DNA of 64,000 nt from Candidatus Curtissbacteria bacterium (GCA_030647775.1 JAUSJC010000010.1:264927-328926); one strand, 5' to 3'; shown: positions 38,166 to 48,734, counted from the stretch's first letter. Made by a program: numbers and translations. Notes: generated by a model from the letters alone, not told the origin.

Positions 38166-39071
38166 ATGAAAATTTCAGTTGTTATTTCCGCATTCAATGA
38201 AGAAAAAATGATCGAGGATTGTTTAAAGTCGGCTAAGCTGGTGGCAGATGAGATAATCTTAGTCGACAATACTTCACAGGATTCAACTGTCGAAATTGCC
38301 AAAAAATATACGGATAAGATCTTTATTCGTCCAAACGACCCTGTGATGTTAAATAGGAATAAAAACTTCGGTTTTTCCAAGGCAACAGGCGACTGGATTA
38401 TTTCCCTTGATGCGGACGAAAGAATTACCGGGCAGTTGGCATCTGAAATTAAAAAAGCAGTTGCTAAAAAAGATTTTAATGGTTGGGAAATCCCCAGAAA
38501 AAATATAATCTTTGGGAAATGGATAAGGCACTCAATTTGGTGGCCGGATTATAATTTAAGACTTTTTAGAAGGGGATACGGCAAATTTGCTGAAAAGCAC
38601 GTTCACGAAAAATTGGACGTTAAAGGAGAAATCGGCCAATTAGAAAATCCTATGACTCATTATAACTATCAAACGGTCTCCCAATTTATCGGGAAGCTTG
38701 ATAAAACTTATACCGAGTCAGAAGTTGATAATTTTTTGAAAAGCGGCAAAAGCATTTTTTGGTACGATGCCATTCGTTGGCCGGCCAACGATTTTATTAA
38801 AACCTTCTTTTTTCAACAAGGCTATAAAGACGGTCTGCACGGCCTGATCCTTTCTCAACTCCAGGCATTTTATGCGCTTATCTTTTTTGCCAAGGTTTGG
38901 GAAAGAAAAGAAAACTTTAAAGATCTAACACCTGATAATTTCTTCATGGAATTTCTAAAGGAATTGTCGCAAATTGCCAAAGATATAAAATACTGGATTT
39001 ATGAAGTACTAATGGAAGAAAATCCTGCTAAAAAAATCCTCTTTAGAATTAAAAGAAGGCTAAATCTTTAG
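38166..39071 (+). CDS. GT2 glycosyltransferase (LDADE type)
   Basis: NEE, S.DST, WIISLDADER, PDY..RLF, VHE. Confidence 0.88.
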   Translation: MKISVVISAFNEEKMIEDCLKSAKLVADEIILVDNTSQDSTVEIAKKYTDKIFIRPNDPVMLNRNKNFGFSKATGDWIISLDADERITGQLASEIKKAVAKKDFNGWEIPRKNIIFGKWIRHSIWWPDYNLRLFRRGYGKFAEKHVHEKLDVKGEIGQLENPMTHYNYQTVSQFIGKLDKTYTESEVDNFLKSGKSIFWYDAIRWPANDFIKTFFFQQGYKDGLHGLILSQLQAFYALIFFAKVWERKENFKDLTPDNFFMEFLKELSQIAKDIKYWIYEVLMEENPAKKILFRIKRRLNL

Positions 39072-39097
39072 TGGAGTTCGAGAACCGGCGTCTCCTC

Positions 39098-39134
39098 ATT
39101 ATATCAGCCGCCGAAGACACTACCCTGATATAAT
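39098..39134. promoter_or_regulatory. Inverted pair of extended -10 boxes
   Basis: ATTATATCAG-17nt-CTGATATAAT. Confidence 0.5.
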
Positions 39135-39192
39135 TACTCAGTGCATTTCAGAAAGTTAAATCGCCGGCCCAAATCTTAGATAAATAACAACC

Positions 39193-40092
39193 ATGGATCA
39201 ACTAAAAATAGCGATTGTTGTCTTAAATTATAAAGGCTTGGGAGAAACGCTCGAATGTCTTGAGTCTTTAAGACGCTGTGCAAAAGGAAATTACAATGTC
39301 GAAATAATTGTTGTCGAAAACGGGTCGGATGACGGATCGGTTGAAGCGCTTTCCAAAATAAAGGACACACATTTTGTGGCAAATAATAAAAATCTAGGAT
39401 TCTCAGGAGGGATGAATAGCGGAATAAGATATGCGCTAAAAAGAAACGCCGATTATATTATCATTTTAAATAACGACACCATAGTCGACAAAAATCTCGT
39501 CGTAACTCTTGCTAAGTCGGCACAAAGTGCCGATATTGTTGCCCCGAAAATTTATTTCGCCCCGGGTTTTGAATTTCATAAGGATAGATACAAAAAGCAA
39601 GACCTTGGCAAAGTTATATGGTATGCCGGAGGTTCTATCGACTGGAAAAATATACTTGGAATACATACGGGAGTTGACGAGATAGACAAAGGCCAATTTG
39701 CAAAGTATAAAGAAATTGATTTCGCAACCGGCGCCTGTATGCTTATAAAAAAAGAGGTCTTTGAAAAGATTGGCCTTCTTGACGAAAAATATTTTTTATA
39801 TCTGGAAGATATGGATTTTTGTGTCAGGGTCAAAAAGGCAGGATTTAAAATAAAATTTTGCCCAGGAGCCATTTTATGGCATAAAAATGCCGTCTCTGCT
39901 GGCGGTTCCGGATCAAAACTTCAGGACTACTATATAACCCGCAACAGGCTTCTTTTTGCTTTTAAATACGCAAAGCCAAGGACAAAAATTGCCGTTTTAA
40001 AACAAATCATTTTACAATCCGGCGATCCTCTTAAAAGAAAGGCTCTGATTGACTTCTTAACTTTCAAATTTGGAGCAAAACAATTTACATAA
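39193..40092 (+). CDS. GT2 glycosyltransferase (WbbL/rhamnosyltransferase-like)
   Basis: NLGF.GG.N, LNNDT, TGACML, YFLYLED.D, RNR. Confidence 0.88.
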   Translation: MDQLKIAIVVLNYKGLGETLECLESLRRCAKGNYNVEIIVVENGSDDGSVEALSKIKDTHFVANNKNLGFSGGMNSGIRYALKRNADYIIILNNDTIVDKNLVVTLAKSAQSADIVAPKIYFAPGFEFHKDRYKKQDLGKVIWYAGGSIDWKNILGIHTGVDEIDKGQFAKYKEIDFATGACMLIKKEVFEKIGLLDEKYFLYLEDMDFCVRVKKAGFKIKFCPGAILWHKNAVSAGGSGSKLQDYYITRNRLLFAFKYAKPRTKIAVLKQIILQSGDPLKRKALIDFLTFKFGAKQFT

Positions 40093-40093
40093 C

Positions 40094-40879
40094 ATGAATA
40101 TCTCAGCCCTTGTTCTCGCTAGAAATGAAGAGGAAATGATCAAAGATTGTCTAAGTCAACTAAATTTTGTTGATGAAATAATTATTCTAGACCAGGGCTC
40201 AACAGATAAAACCCGCCAAATCGCCAAAAAATATACAAAAAAAATATTTACAACATCCTATGAATCATTTGCGAAAAATCGTGAAATCTTAGCTGCTCAC
40301 GCAAAAAGTGATTGGCTACTTTACATAGATGTCGACGAAAGGTTTGATAATGAGGTAATTGAAGAAATTAAAGAAGCTATCAGGCAGCAAAAATATCAGG
40401 CCTTCTACTTCCCCAGAAAAAACATCATTCTTGGAAAATGGCTCAGGCACGGCGGCTGGTTTCCGGATTACGTGCCGAAGCTTTTTGAAAGAGGTTCCTT
40501 AAAAGGTTGGACGGGGCAAGTTCATGAAAGCCCAAAGGTAGACGGGGCATTTGGATATTTCAAAACGCCCATTACGCATTTAACTGCCAGAAATTTAAGT
40601 TCGATGCTTGGAAAAACTATTAAATGGGCTAAGGTCGAAGCCGATCTGGCTTATAGTGCCAACCATCCCCGGGTAACAATCACCAGGGTTATTTGGGCAG
40701 CCGCCAAGGAATTCTCCGGACGTTATTTTGTAAAACTCGGTCTTCTGGATGGATTTATCGGTTTTATCGAAGCAGTCTATCAGGCCCTCCATCGAGCGAT
40801 AACCCTCGTCTATTTATGGGAAACACAAAATAATATTCAAGAATTGTTTGAAAAAACCAAGGACAAATTAAATGAATAA
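40094..40879 (+). CDS. GT2 glycosyltransferase, related to the 38166 gene
   Basis: NEE, GSTD, WLLYIDVDER, WFPDY, VHE. Confidence 0.88.
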   Translation: MNISALVLARNEEEMIKDCLSQLNFVDEIIILDQGSTDKTRQIAKKYTKKIFTTSYESFAKNREILAAHAKSDWLLYIDVDERFDNEVIEEIKEAIRQQKYQAFYFPRKNIILGKWLRHGGWFPDYVPKLFERGSLKGWTGQVHESPKVDGAFGYFKTPITHLTARNLSSMLGKTIKWAKVEADLAYSANHPRVTITRVIWAAAKEFSGRYFVKLGLLDGFIGFIEAVYQALHRAITLVYLWETQNNIQELFEKTKDKLNE

Positions 40880-41621
40880 GCACAGCTTTTCTTCGAATAA
40901 GCACAGCTTTTCTTCGAATAAGCATGGCTTTTCTTCGAATAAGCACTTTCTTTTTTACGACACTTATGAAAGACATAAAAAAATCGGCGGTTTAATCAAA
41001 AACGGTGAAACGGTACTGGATGTTGGCGGAGCCGCCAATCACCTGTCACAATTTGCCAAACCACGGAAGATTATCACTGCCAACCTGTCCGGTGGCGAAA
41101 ATTCCGATGTGATAATTAAGGGAGACAAATTACCTTTTAAAAATAATTCTTTTGACGTTGTTTGTTCAATTGATGTCCTTGAACATCTTCCCAAAAATGA
41201 TAGAGCGAAATTCATTAAAGAGTTAAAAAGGGTAGCAGCCAAAAGAATTATCTTGTCTTTTCCCATCCAAACCCCCCAGCATGAGGCCTACGAACGCCAA
41301 ACCCAAGAATGGCTCCAGTCCAAGGGGAAAGATGTCACCTATTTGAAAGAACACATAAAATTTGGACTTCCGGAAAAAGATGAAATCTTAAATATAACAA
41401 AGGGCCAAAAAACTGCTATGATTTATTCCGGCAATACCAATGTAAATAAATTCCTTTTCATGCTATTTATATTTGATCCAAGATTAAAATTCATAAGAAA
41501 ATTAACGTACTGCGCCAAACTTGTCTTTAATTTGGTAACGAACAGGTTGTTTTATGAGATCCTATCCAATAAAAAATTTAGAAAATCGGTAAATCGCGCC
41601 TACTTAATCATTGAAAAATGA
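40872..41621 (+). CDS. Class I SAM-dependent methyltransferase
   Basis: VLDVGG, LPFKNNSFDVV.S.DVLEHL. Confidence 0.88.
   Translation: MNKHSFSSNKHSFSSNKHGFSSNKHFLFYDTYERHKKIGGLIKNGETVLDVGGAANHLSQFAKPRKIITANLSGGENSDVIIKGDKLPFKNNSFDVVCSIDVLEHLPKNDRAKFIKELKRVAAKRIILSFPIQTPQHEAYERQTQEWLQSKGKDVTYLKEHIKFGLPEKDEILNITKGQKTAMIYSGNTNVNKFLFMLFIFDPRLKFIRKLTYCAKLVFNLVTNRLFYEILSNKKFRKSVNRAYLIIEK
40874..40946. repeat. 21-bp tandem repeat, about 3.5 copies
   Basis: Unit GAATAAGCACAGCTTTTCTTC; reverse complement 19/21 identical to the unit of the 53881 array. Confidence 0.95.
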
Positions 41622-42667
41622 AATTTGGTTTTTATAGTCCTTATCTTGACACGTTTGGTGGGGGGGAGAGATATATGCTGTCCCTTGCCTCTCATCTTGC
41701 CCAAAACCATTTAGTTGATATTTTTTGGGATGATGTAAATATTAAACCTCCACTGGCGCGATTTTTAAAAATAGATCTTACTAAAACGAGGTTTGTTAAA
41801 AATATTTTTGCAGAAAGTTTAGCCAAAAGGGCATTTGCAATGCTTGGCTATAATTTAATTTTTGTTCTTTCCGATGGCTCTATTCCCTCCACATTCGCGC
41901 CCAAAAATATTCTTCATTTTCAAGTGCCATTTAACTTCCAGGGGACAAGCCTTAGCAATAAGCTGAAATTAAAAAGATATAACTACGTTGTCTGCAACTC
42001 CAATTTTACAAAAAAATTTATAGACAAGAGTTTTAATGTTAACTCAATAGTTATATACCCCCCAGTCGATATCCAATCAATAAAACCGGGGAAAAAAGAA
42101 AATTTAATAATTTCAGTCGGCCGTTTTAGCGCCCACCAGCTTCATCCCAAAAAGCAGGAAGTATTGATAGAAATATTTAAAGAACTTTCAAAAAAGGCAA
42201 AGGGATGGCGTCTTGTTTTGGCAGGGCAGGCAAAAAAAGAAGACGAGAAATATTTACGGCAGCTCAAAAAGGCTTGTCGCGGTTTTGCTATCAGAATAGA
42301 AGAAAATATGCCGATTGAGGAATTAGGGAAATTATATTCGCAGGCATCAATCTATTGGCACGCGACTGGATTTGGCGAGGACGAATTAAAAAACCCCGAA
42401 AAAATGGAGCACTTCGGAATTTCTACTGTTGAAGCTCAGGCTGGCGGTGCGGTTCCGGTAGTAATCGATAAAGGGGGGCAAAAAGAGATAGTCCAAGAAG
42501 GCAAAAATGGTCTTCTTTGGACGACAAAAGCCCAGCTTTATGAACAAACTTTAAGGCTGATTAACTCACCCGATCTCATCGAAAAACTTTCCCTGGCGGC
42601 TATTAGAAATAGTAAAAGATTTGACCAGGAAAAATTCTTCCGCAAATATGGAGAGATCATTTTATAA
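41618..42667 (+). CDS. GT4 glycosyltransferase
   Basis: GGGERY, NS.FT, VIYPPV, VGRF, EHFGISTVEA. Confidence 0.92.
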   Translation: MKFGFYSPYLDTFGGGERYMLSLASHLAQNHLVDIFWDDVNIKPPLARFLKIDLTKTRFVKNIFAESLAKRAFAMLGYNLIFVLSDGSIPSTFAPKNILHFQVPFNFQGTSLSNKLKLKRYNYVVCNSNFTKKFIDKSFNVNSIVIYPPVDIQSIKPGKKENLIISVGRFSAHQLHPKKQEVLIEIFKELSKKAKGWRLVLAGQAKKEDEKYLRQLKKACRGFAIRIEENMPIEELGKLYSQASIYWHATGFGEDELKNPEKMEHFGISTVEAQAGGAVPVVIDKGGQKEIVQEGKNGLLWTTKAQLYEQTLRLINSPDLIEKLSLAAIRNSKRFDQEKFFRKYGEIIL

Positions 42668-44981
42668 TAATATCTTAGGCCTTTTAGTAACCGTCCTTCT
42701 TATTTTGGCTTTTTTTCTTCCAGGCGCGTTTAAAGGTAAATTCCCAATCCCTGCAGATGCACTTATCAATCTTTATCATCCCCTAAGAGATATATCCCAA
42801 GACGGCTATAGTCCGGGCAGGTTCCCGGCAAAAAATACTCTCATTACCGATCCGGTTCTTCAAACTTATCCATGGAGGTTTACGGCAGTCAGCGATATGA
42901 AGTCTGGCAATTTTCCGCTATGGAATCCCTACAATTTTTCCGGCCAGCCGCTTTCAGCCAATATCCAATCCGCGCCCTTTCAAATCACAAACATTTTGTT
43001 TCTTGTTCTTCCTTTTAAAATAGCATGGTCAATCCAAATTATTCTTCCAGAAATCCTTTTGGGGGTTTTTATCTATTTTTACTTACGGTTTGGGCTCAAT
43101 CTTTCTATTATCCCATCGGTTTTTGGCGGTTTTATAGCACCTTTTACCGGTTTTTTTGTTGCTTGGATGACGTGGGGAACTGTGGTTACAACTGCCATGT
43201 GGCTGCCCCTAATTTTGCTTTCAATAGAACAAATTTTCAAAAAATCTCCTCTTTGGATAATTATCCTGATTCTTAGTGTCTCTCAAACAATTTTCTCCGG
43301 TCATTGGCAAACTGCCCTCTATGTTCTTGGCGCAAGCACCGTCTATATAATTTTTAAAATTGCCCAATTCAAAGATTATAAAAGATTAGGAGAAGTTGTA
43401 TTTGCGCTAATAGTTTCAGTTTTAATTACAGGCGTTCAAATCCTACCCGCCTTCGAATTTTTAAAATATTCTGCCAGAGGCTTGGATCAAGCCTTTACTT
43501 CCGGTAGACAAGATTGGTTTTTACCGCCTCAGCATCTAATCCAAATGATCGCGCCGGATTTTTTTGGTAATCCGGCAACGGGTAATTACTGGGGAATTTG
43601 GAATTATGGAGAATTTGTTTCCTTCATTGGCATCGTTCCGTTGTTTTTGGTAATTCTTGCTTTTTTCAAAAGGAATAGGGGAACTTACTTCTTTATCTTT
43701 TTAGCTGTAACATCTCTGGTTCTAGCTCTTCCCAATCCGATTTCAAAAATTCCCTATCTCTTAAACCTTCCGCAAATATCCTCCATGCAGCCCTCCAGAA
43801 TAATTTTTTTATTGGATTTTTCACTAATAATCCTTGCTGCTTTTGGGCTGGAGTTTCTGCTTAAGGAGAAAAAAATCAAAAAGATACTTTTTTCTGCACT
43901 CCCAATCATATTTATATCAATAGTTCTCGCTCTTGCACCACTTCTGGCAAAGGGTTTTTTCCCAAATATAAACGGTATAGATCCGATATCAATATCTTCA
44001 AGGAACGTAGTGATGCCGCTTTTTACCTCAATCCTATTACTGCTCATTATTTTTGTGAAAAAGATAACCACAAAAAAGCATTATTTGGTTTTAATCATCT
44101 TTTTGATAACGGCGTTTGAACTATTCAGGTTCTCTTACAAGTTCACGCCATTTTCAAAACTATCATGGGTTTTCCCCCAGACAAAAACACTGACATATTT
44201 AGGGTCTCAGGAAAAACCGTTTAGAATAATTACCACCGACAGAAGAATCCTTCATCCAAACTCATCCGCCGCTTACGGCATCGAGTCGATTGATGGTTAT
44301 GACCCCCTGTACCTGCTCAAGTATGCAAAATTTATCTCTGCCCTGCAGTCAAATAGCGTCCAGTCAGCCGTGTCTTCTTACAATAGAATCATTACGCCCC
44401 AAAAAATAGAATCGAATCTCACCAATCTTCTAAACGTAAAATATATACTTACTTTTAATGAATTTAAAAACCCGGATTTTGTAAAAGTTTTTGAAGAGGG
44501 GGAAACAAAAACATATTTGAATAAAAAATCTCTGCCAAGGGCGTTTTTTGTTAGTAGTGTGGAAAAACAATCAACCGACGCAGGAGAGCTTGCAAAGCTT
44601 TTGGACAAGAATTTCGATATTGCCTCTCAAGCAACATCGAAGGATTTTTCGTTTCCAAGACAAGTTCTTATCGGTCAAGTAAAAATTAATTCTTATAGCG
44701 ACTCTTCAATAACCCTAAAAACGTCGCTTGATAAAGAGGCCCCTCTAGTTTTAACAAATATCAATTACCCCGGTTGGAAAGCAGAAATTGACGGGAAAGA
44801 AACAAAGATAAATGAAGTTGATTTTATGTTCCAATCGGCATTAATCCCGGCAGGTGAACATATTGTTGATTTCAAATACAAGCCCCAATCCTTCTATAAT
44901 GGGTTATACTTAACTCTAGCTGGAATAGCGATTTCAATTGCAAGCTTAATCTTTTTATGCCGCAAAAAATATCTGTCGTAA
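42648..44981 (+). CDS. YfhO-family GT-C membrane protein
   Basis: PLWNPYNFSGQPL, GHWQ, GYDPL, YPGW; paralog of the 25349 gene. Confidence 0.85.
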   Translation: MERSFYNNILGLLVTVLLILAFFLPGAFKGKFPIPADALINLYHPLRDISQDGYSPGRFPAKNTLITDPVLQTYPWRFTAVSDMKSGNFPLWNPYNFSGQPLSANIQSAPFQITNILFLVLPFKIAWSIQIILPEILLGVFIYFYLRFGLNLSIIPSVFGGFIAPFTGFFVAWMTWGTVVTTAMWLPLILLSIEQIFKKSPLWIIILILSVSQTIFSGHWQTALYVLGASTVYIIFKIAQFKDYKRLGEVVFALIVSVLITGVQILPAFEFLKYSARGLDQAFTSGRQDWFLPPQHLIQMIAPDFFGNPATGNYWGIWNYGEFVSFIGIVPLFLVILAFFKRNRGTYFFIFLAVTSLVLALPNPISKIPYLLNLPQISSMQPSRIIFLLDFSLIILAAFGLEFLLKEKKIKKILFSALPIIFISIVLALAPLLAKGFFPNINGIDPISISSRNVVMPLFTSILLLLIIFVKKITTKKHYLVLIIFLITAFELFRFSYKFTPFSKLSWVFPQTKTLTYLGSQEKPFRIITTDRRILHPNSSAAYGIESIDGYDPLYLLKYAKFISALQSNSVQSAVSSYNRIITPQKIESNLTNLLNVKYILTFNEFKNPDFVKVFEEGETKTYLNKKSLPRAFFVSSVEKQSTDAGELAKLLDKNFDIASQATSKDFSFPRQVLIGQVKINSYSDSSITLKTSLDKEAPLVLTNINYPGWKAEIDGKETKINEVDFMFQSALIPAGEHIVDFKYKPQSFYNGLYLTLAGIAISIASLIFLCRKKYLS

Positions 44982-45877
44982 TCCCTAACTTCAACGGCGC
45001 AAATCTGCTATCTAAAAATTTACCGCAAGTTTTAAAAAACTGTCCCGGATGTCAAATAATTGTTGTCGATGATGCTTCCACCGACAACTCGGTTTCCATT
45101 CTCAAAGAAAAGTTTAAAAACATTAAACTGCTCATTAACCCCGAAAACCTCGGTTTTTCGGGAGCAGTCAATCGAGGGATCAAGAACTCCAGTGGTGATT
45201 TAGTTTTACTCTTAAACTCCGATGTTTCCCCAAGAATCGGTTTTTTAAAACCCACACTCGACCGCTTTAAAGATAAAAAAGTTTTCGCTGTCGCCCTGAA
45301 TGATTGCAGTCACGAGGGAGGGAAAATTATTGAGAGAGGGAAGGGAGGAGCCAATTATAAAAAAGGATTCTTAAACCATTTCGCGGCCAGAATCGGAGAA
45401 GGGGAAACCCTTTGGGTTTCCGGTGGATCCGGTCTTTTCGTCAGGGAAATCCTAAATAGGCTTGGGGGTTTTGATCCGATTTACTCCCCTTTTTATTGGG
45501 AAGACATAGATCTCTCTTTTAGAGCCCGCCAAAACGGATATATTTGCATTTTTGAACCGGCATCAAAAGTTGATCATTACCACGAAGAAGGTGCTATTAA
45601 AAAAACGAGAAAACCTTTCGAAATAAAGACTATCTCATATAGGAACCAATTCATTTTCATCTGGAAAAACTTTTCAGATCCTATTTTCCTGGTTCAGCAC
45701 TTATTATGGTTTCCTTACCATTTGCTAAAAGCGATTATGTCCAAAGACTTTGCTTTTTTCTTGGGTTTTACCAAAGCGCTTGCAAAAATTCCCCAAATAG
45801 TTCAAAATCCCCAGTATCGGGTTAGCCCAAAGGCTGTTTCCGACAGGGATGTTATTAAGAAATTCGAAAAACCATAA
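44957..45877 (+). CDS. GT2 glycosyltransferase
   Basis: VDDASTD, NLGF, LLNSD, GGFD..Y.PFYWED.D. Confidence 0.9.
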   Translation: MPQKISVVIPNFNGANLLSKNLPQVLKNCPGCQIIVVDDASTDNSVSILKEKFKNIKLLINPENLGFSGAVNRGIKNSSGDLVLLLNSDVSPRIGFLKPTLDRFKDKKVFAVALNDCSHEGGKIIERGKGGANYKKGFLNHFAARIGEGETLWVSGGSGLFVREILNRLGGFDPIYSPFYWEDIDLSFRARQNGYICIFEPASKVDHYHEEGAIKKTRKPFEIKTISYRNQFIFIWKNFSDPIFLVQHLLWFPYHLLKAIMSKDFAFFLGFTKALAKIPQIVQNPQYRVSPKAVSDRDVIKKFEKP

Positions 45878-46637
45878 TATTCTTTGGGAATCTTCCAAAA
45901 AGCCTAAAATTATCGTTGTTCTGCCTGCATATTTTGCCGAAAAAACCGTCAGAAAAACCTACGACGATCTCCCAAAAGATCTTATATCCGAAATCATCTT
46001 AGTCGACGACGCCTCAAAGGATAAAACCGTAGAGGTTGCTAAAAAGCTTGGCCTTTCGGTTTATATCCACCCCAAGAATAAGGGTTATGGTGGAAACCAA
46101 AAGACTTGCTACGATCAGGCGCTAAAGAGAAATCCCAGCGTTGTTGTTATGGTCCATCCCGATTATCAGTACGACCCCAAACTTTTAGGAATACTCTGTG
46201 AGCCAATCGTCAACGGTAGGGTAGATATAATGTTGGGTTCGCGAATTCAGAGCCGGCGCCAAGCCTTAGCAGGCGGTATGCCGCTTTATAAATATTTTTT
46301 CAATAGGTTCCTAACAATGCTGGAAAACATAGTTCTTGGAATAAATCTATCAGAGTTTCATACTGGTTACAGAGCATTTTCCTCCAAATCTTTAAACATG
46401 TTACCTTATCACAAATTTTCTGACGACTTCGTCTTCGATCAGGAGATTTTAATTTCGGCAGTCTCTTATGGTTTAACAATTTCAGACACGCCGGTTCCAT
46501 GCAAGTATTTTCCGGAAGCATCATCAATAAACTTTAAAAGATCAACTACATATGGGATCATGACTCTTTGGACACTTTCTCTTTATGTCATGCACCAGGC
46601 AGGTTTAATAAAAAGTAAATTCTTCAAGAAGATCTAA
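45849..46637 (+). CDS. GT2 (Dpm1-like) glycosyltransferase
   Basis: LVDDAS.D, N.GYGGNQKTCY, HPDYQY, EFHTGYRA. Confidence 0.9.
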   Translation: MLLRNSKNHNILWESSKKPKIIVVLPAYFAEKTVRKTYDDLPKDLISEIILVDDASKDKTVEVAKKLGLSVYIHPKNKGYGGNQKTCYDQALKRNPSVVVMVHPDYQYDPKLLGILCEPIVNGRVDIMLGSRIQSRRQALAGGMPLYKYFFNRFLTMLENIVLGINLSEFHTGYRAFSSKSLNMLPYHKFSDDFVFDQEILISAVSYGLTISDTPVPCKYFPEASSINFKRSTTYGIMTLWTLSLYVMHQAGLIKSKFFKKI

Positions 46638-47613
46638 ATCTCTCAAGTAATTTCAAGAAGCCTGTTTTTGTTTCCTCCGTTACAGTAATTAGGACCAAGC
46701 CTTCGTTGGGTTGTCCGTAAACGATTCGCCACCCAAGCGGCGCCAAAATTGTTGCCGGCAAAACTGCGAGGTCTTCTTCACCAATAATTTCTATGACAGA
46801 ACCGTCATTCTTATTAGCAATATTTTCCTTTATACTTCTCGAAAGTTTCCGCTTGATTGTCGAAGCTGGATTTTGAATAATCTCAAACTTTTGGTTCTTT
46901 GAAAACCCCAAATCCGCAATATCCTCAAAAATCTTTTTTCTCCCGACCTTTAAATCAACAATCGAAAGCCTTGGCACAATTCCCTTTTTCAGAAAATTGA
47001 AAGTTGTTTCATCTCCAACAGCGATGACTTTACTTGGTAAGACTCGAGATTTAAGGTCGTCAATATCCCCAAAGAGTTCCCCGTGTGGCACCGAAAGTTC
47101 AATACGCAGGTTTTCCGGCAGATAATAATCCTTATTGCCTATTTTTGAAAAGTAACCGCTGCCGTCTCGATCGATTTCCCCAAGACTTATTCTGCTTGAA
47201 GAAATAGGTTTATTATCATCTGCCATAACAATTGGGAACACTAAAACTTTCAAAGAGGCAAGCCCCAGCCGTGTTCTTTTCTTGTTAATCAAAGCCGCTC
47301 CTTCCTGTGTGAGTTTGGTTACGGCAATCCCATCAATTGTTATATCTGAAACTGTACTGCCGAAGACATCGTCAAGTAAAATCGTTTTTGACCGTTTGTC
47401 AAAACCTTTCGCCCTTAAATAATTATTTAGCTCTGCCAACCGCAGCTTGAGAGGCCGGACGTTTAATTTTTCGCTTGATATAAATTTATCGGTTGTAATC
47501 CCAATAGAAACAGCCGCCGCTTTGGAAAAGGCAAAATCCAAAAAAGCTTTATGTCCCAGATGTAAATAATCAAAGGTTCCGCCAAGTGCCAAATGATTAA
47601 ATGGGTACCCCAT
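46624..47613 (-). CDS. coaD: Fusion of archaeal/eukaryotic-type phosphopantetheine adenylyltransferase and DUF359-type dephospho-CoA kinase
   Basis: GGTFDYLHLGH, ISSSRI (PPAT); VGD, VD.K..R, NPA.TI, GEEDL, YGQPNEG (DUF359). Confidence 0.82.
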   Translation of the reverse strand: MGYPFNHLALGGTFDYLHLGHKAFLDFAFSKAAAVSIGITTDKFISSEKLNVRPLKLRLAELNNYLRAKGFDKRSKTILLDDVFGSTVSDITIDGIAVTKLTQEGAALINKKRTRLGLASLKVLVFPIVMADDNKPISSSRISLGEIDRDGSGYFSKIGNKDYYLPENLRIELSVPHGELFGDIDDLKSRVLPSKVIAVGDETTFNFLKKGIVPRLSIVDLKVGRKKIFEDIADLGFSKNQKFEIIQNPASTIKRKLSRSIKENIANKNDGSVIEIIGEEDLAVLPATILAPLGWRIVYGQPNEGLVLITVTEETKTGFLKLLERFRSS

Positions 47614-47660
47614 AAATGTTAATCTTAGCTCCCCCATCTTAAATTTGCTAGAATTAACTC

Positions 47661-48734
47661 GTGTCCAAGCTTGACAAAATTCTGAAATTACCAGGCTTGG
47701 TTGATGTCCATGTTCACCTTCGGGAACCCGGAGCAACCCAAAAAGAAGATTTCCGAACCGGAACCATGGCAGCTGTCGCTGGTGGTTATACCCAGATTTT
47801 AGATATGCCCAATAACACACCGCCAACAACAAGTCCTAATGCTCTAAATCAAAAAATTGATTTGGCAAAGGGTAAAATTTGGTGCGATCTAGGTTTTAAT
47901 TTCGGAGCAACTGCCTCTTCCACAAAATATTTTAGAAAGATTGAGAATAAAGTTTTCGGCCTTAAAGTTTATATGAATCAAACAACCGGACCGCTTCTTG
48001 TCGAGAGCGAAGAAGATCGGGATTTGATATTCAAATCATGGCCTTCTTCTTTACCGATTATGGTTCACGCAGAAGGGGAGACCGTGGAAATAGCTATCAA
48101 GCTTGCTAAAAAATACCATAAATCACTTCACGTTTGTCATGTAACGGCAGATCAAATTAATGCAATCGAAAACGCAAAAAAGGAAAACGTTTTGATAAGC
48201 TGTGAAGTTTGTCCCCATCACCTTTTTTTGAATCAATTTGACATTCAAAAACTGGGGCCGTTTGGTTTAATGAAACCGCCGCTGCTTTCCAAAAAAGATC
48301 AAGAAAAACTCTGGAGTAAAATGGATAAAATCGATATGATATCAACCGACCACGCACCTCATACAAAAGAAGAAAAGATGAATCAGCCTGGCCCTAAGTT
48401 TGGTGTTCCCGGTCTTGAAACAACGCTCCCGCTTCTTTTAAAAGCCGTTGAAGAAGGCAGAATTTCGCTTGAAAGATTAATCGAAATGACCGCAACAAAT
48501 CCCAGGAAAATCTTTAAAATTCCAACTCAAAAAAATACTTACGTTCTTATCAATTCAAAAATTACTTATAAAATTTCTAACAAAAATTTATTTACAAAAT
48601 GCCGCTGGACTCCCTTTGTCGGTATGGAAGGCAGGGGAGAAATACAGAAAGTTATTATCCGCGGCAAAACGGTTTATGAGAATGGTAAATTTATTGGCAG
48701 ACCCATAGGCAAAGTAATCTATCCTCGTATTTAA
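47661..48734 (+). CDS. pyrC: Dihydroorotase
   Basis: DVHVHLREPG, DMPN, HVCHV, EVCPHHL, STDHAPH, GVPGLET. Confidence 0.93.
   Translation: MSKLDKILKLPGLVDVHVHLREPGATQKEDFRTGTMAAVAGGYTQILDMPNNTPPTTSPNALNQKIDLAKGKIWCDLGFNFGATASSTKYFRKIENKVFGLKVYMNQTTGPLLVESEEDRDLIFKSWPSSLPIMVHAEGETVEIAIKLAKKYHKSLHVCHVTADQINAIENAKKENVLISCEVCPHHLFLNQFDIQKLGPFGLMKPPLLSKKDQEKLWSKMDKIDMISTDHAPHTKEEKMNQPGPKFGVPGLETTLPLLLKAVEEGRISLERLIEMTATNPRKIFKIPTQKNTYVLINSKITYKISNKNLFTKCRWTPFVGMEGRGEIQKVIIRGKTVYENGKFIGRPIGKVIYPRI

Noticed and set aside
39076-39085. GTTCGAGAAC as a collapsed copy of the 5491 element
   Set aside because: Only 10 nt; chance cannot be excluded.
47614-47832. N-terminal extension of the CoaD fusion
   Set aside because: Overlaps pyrC on the opposite strand; homology starts near ATG 47613.
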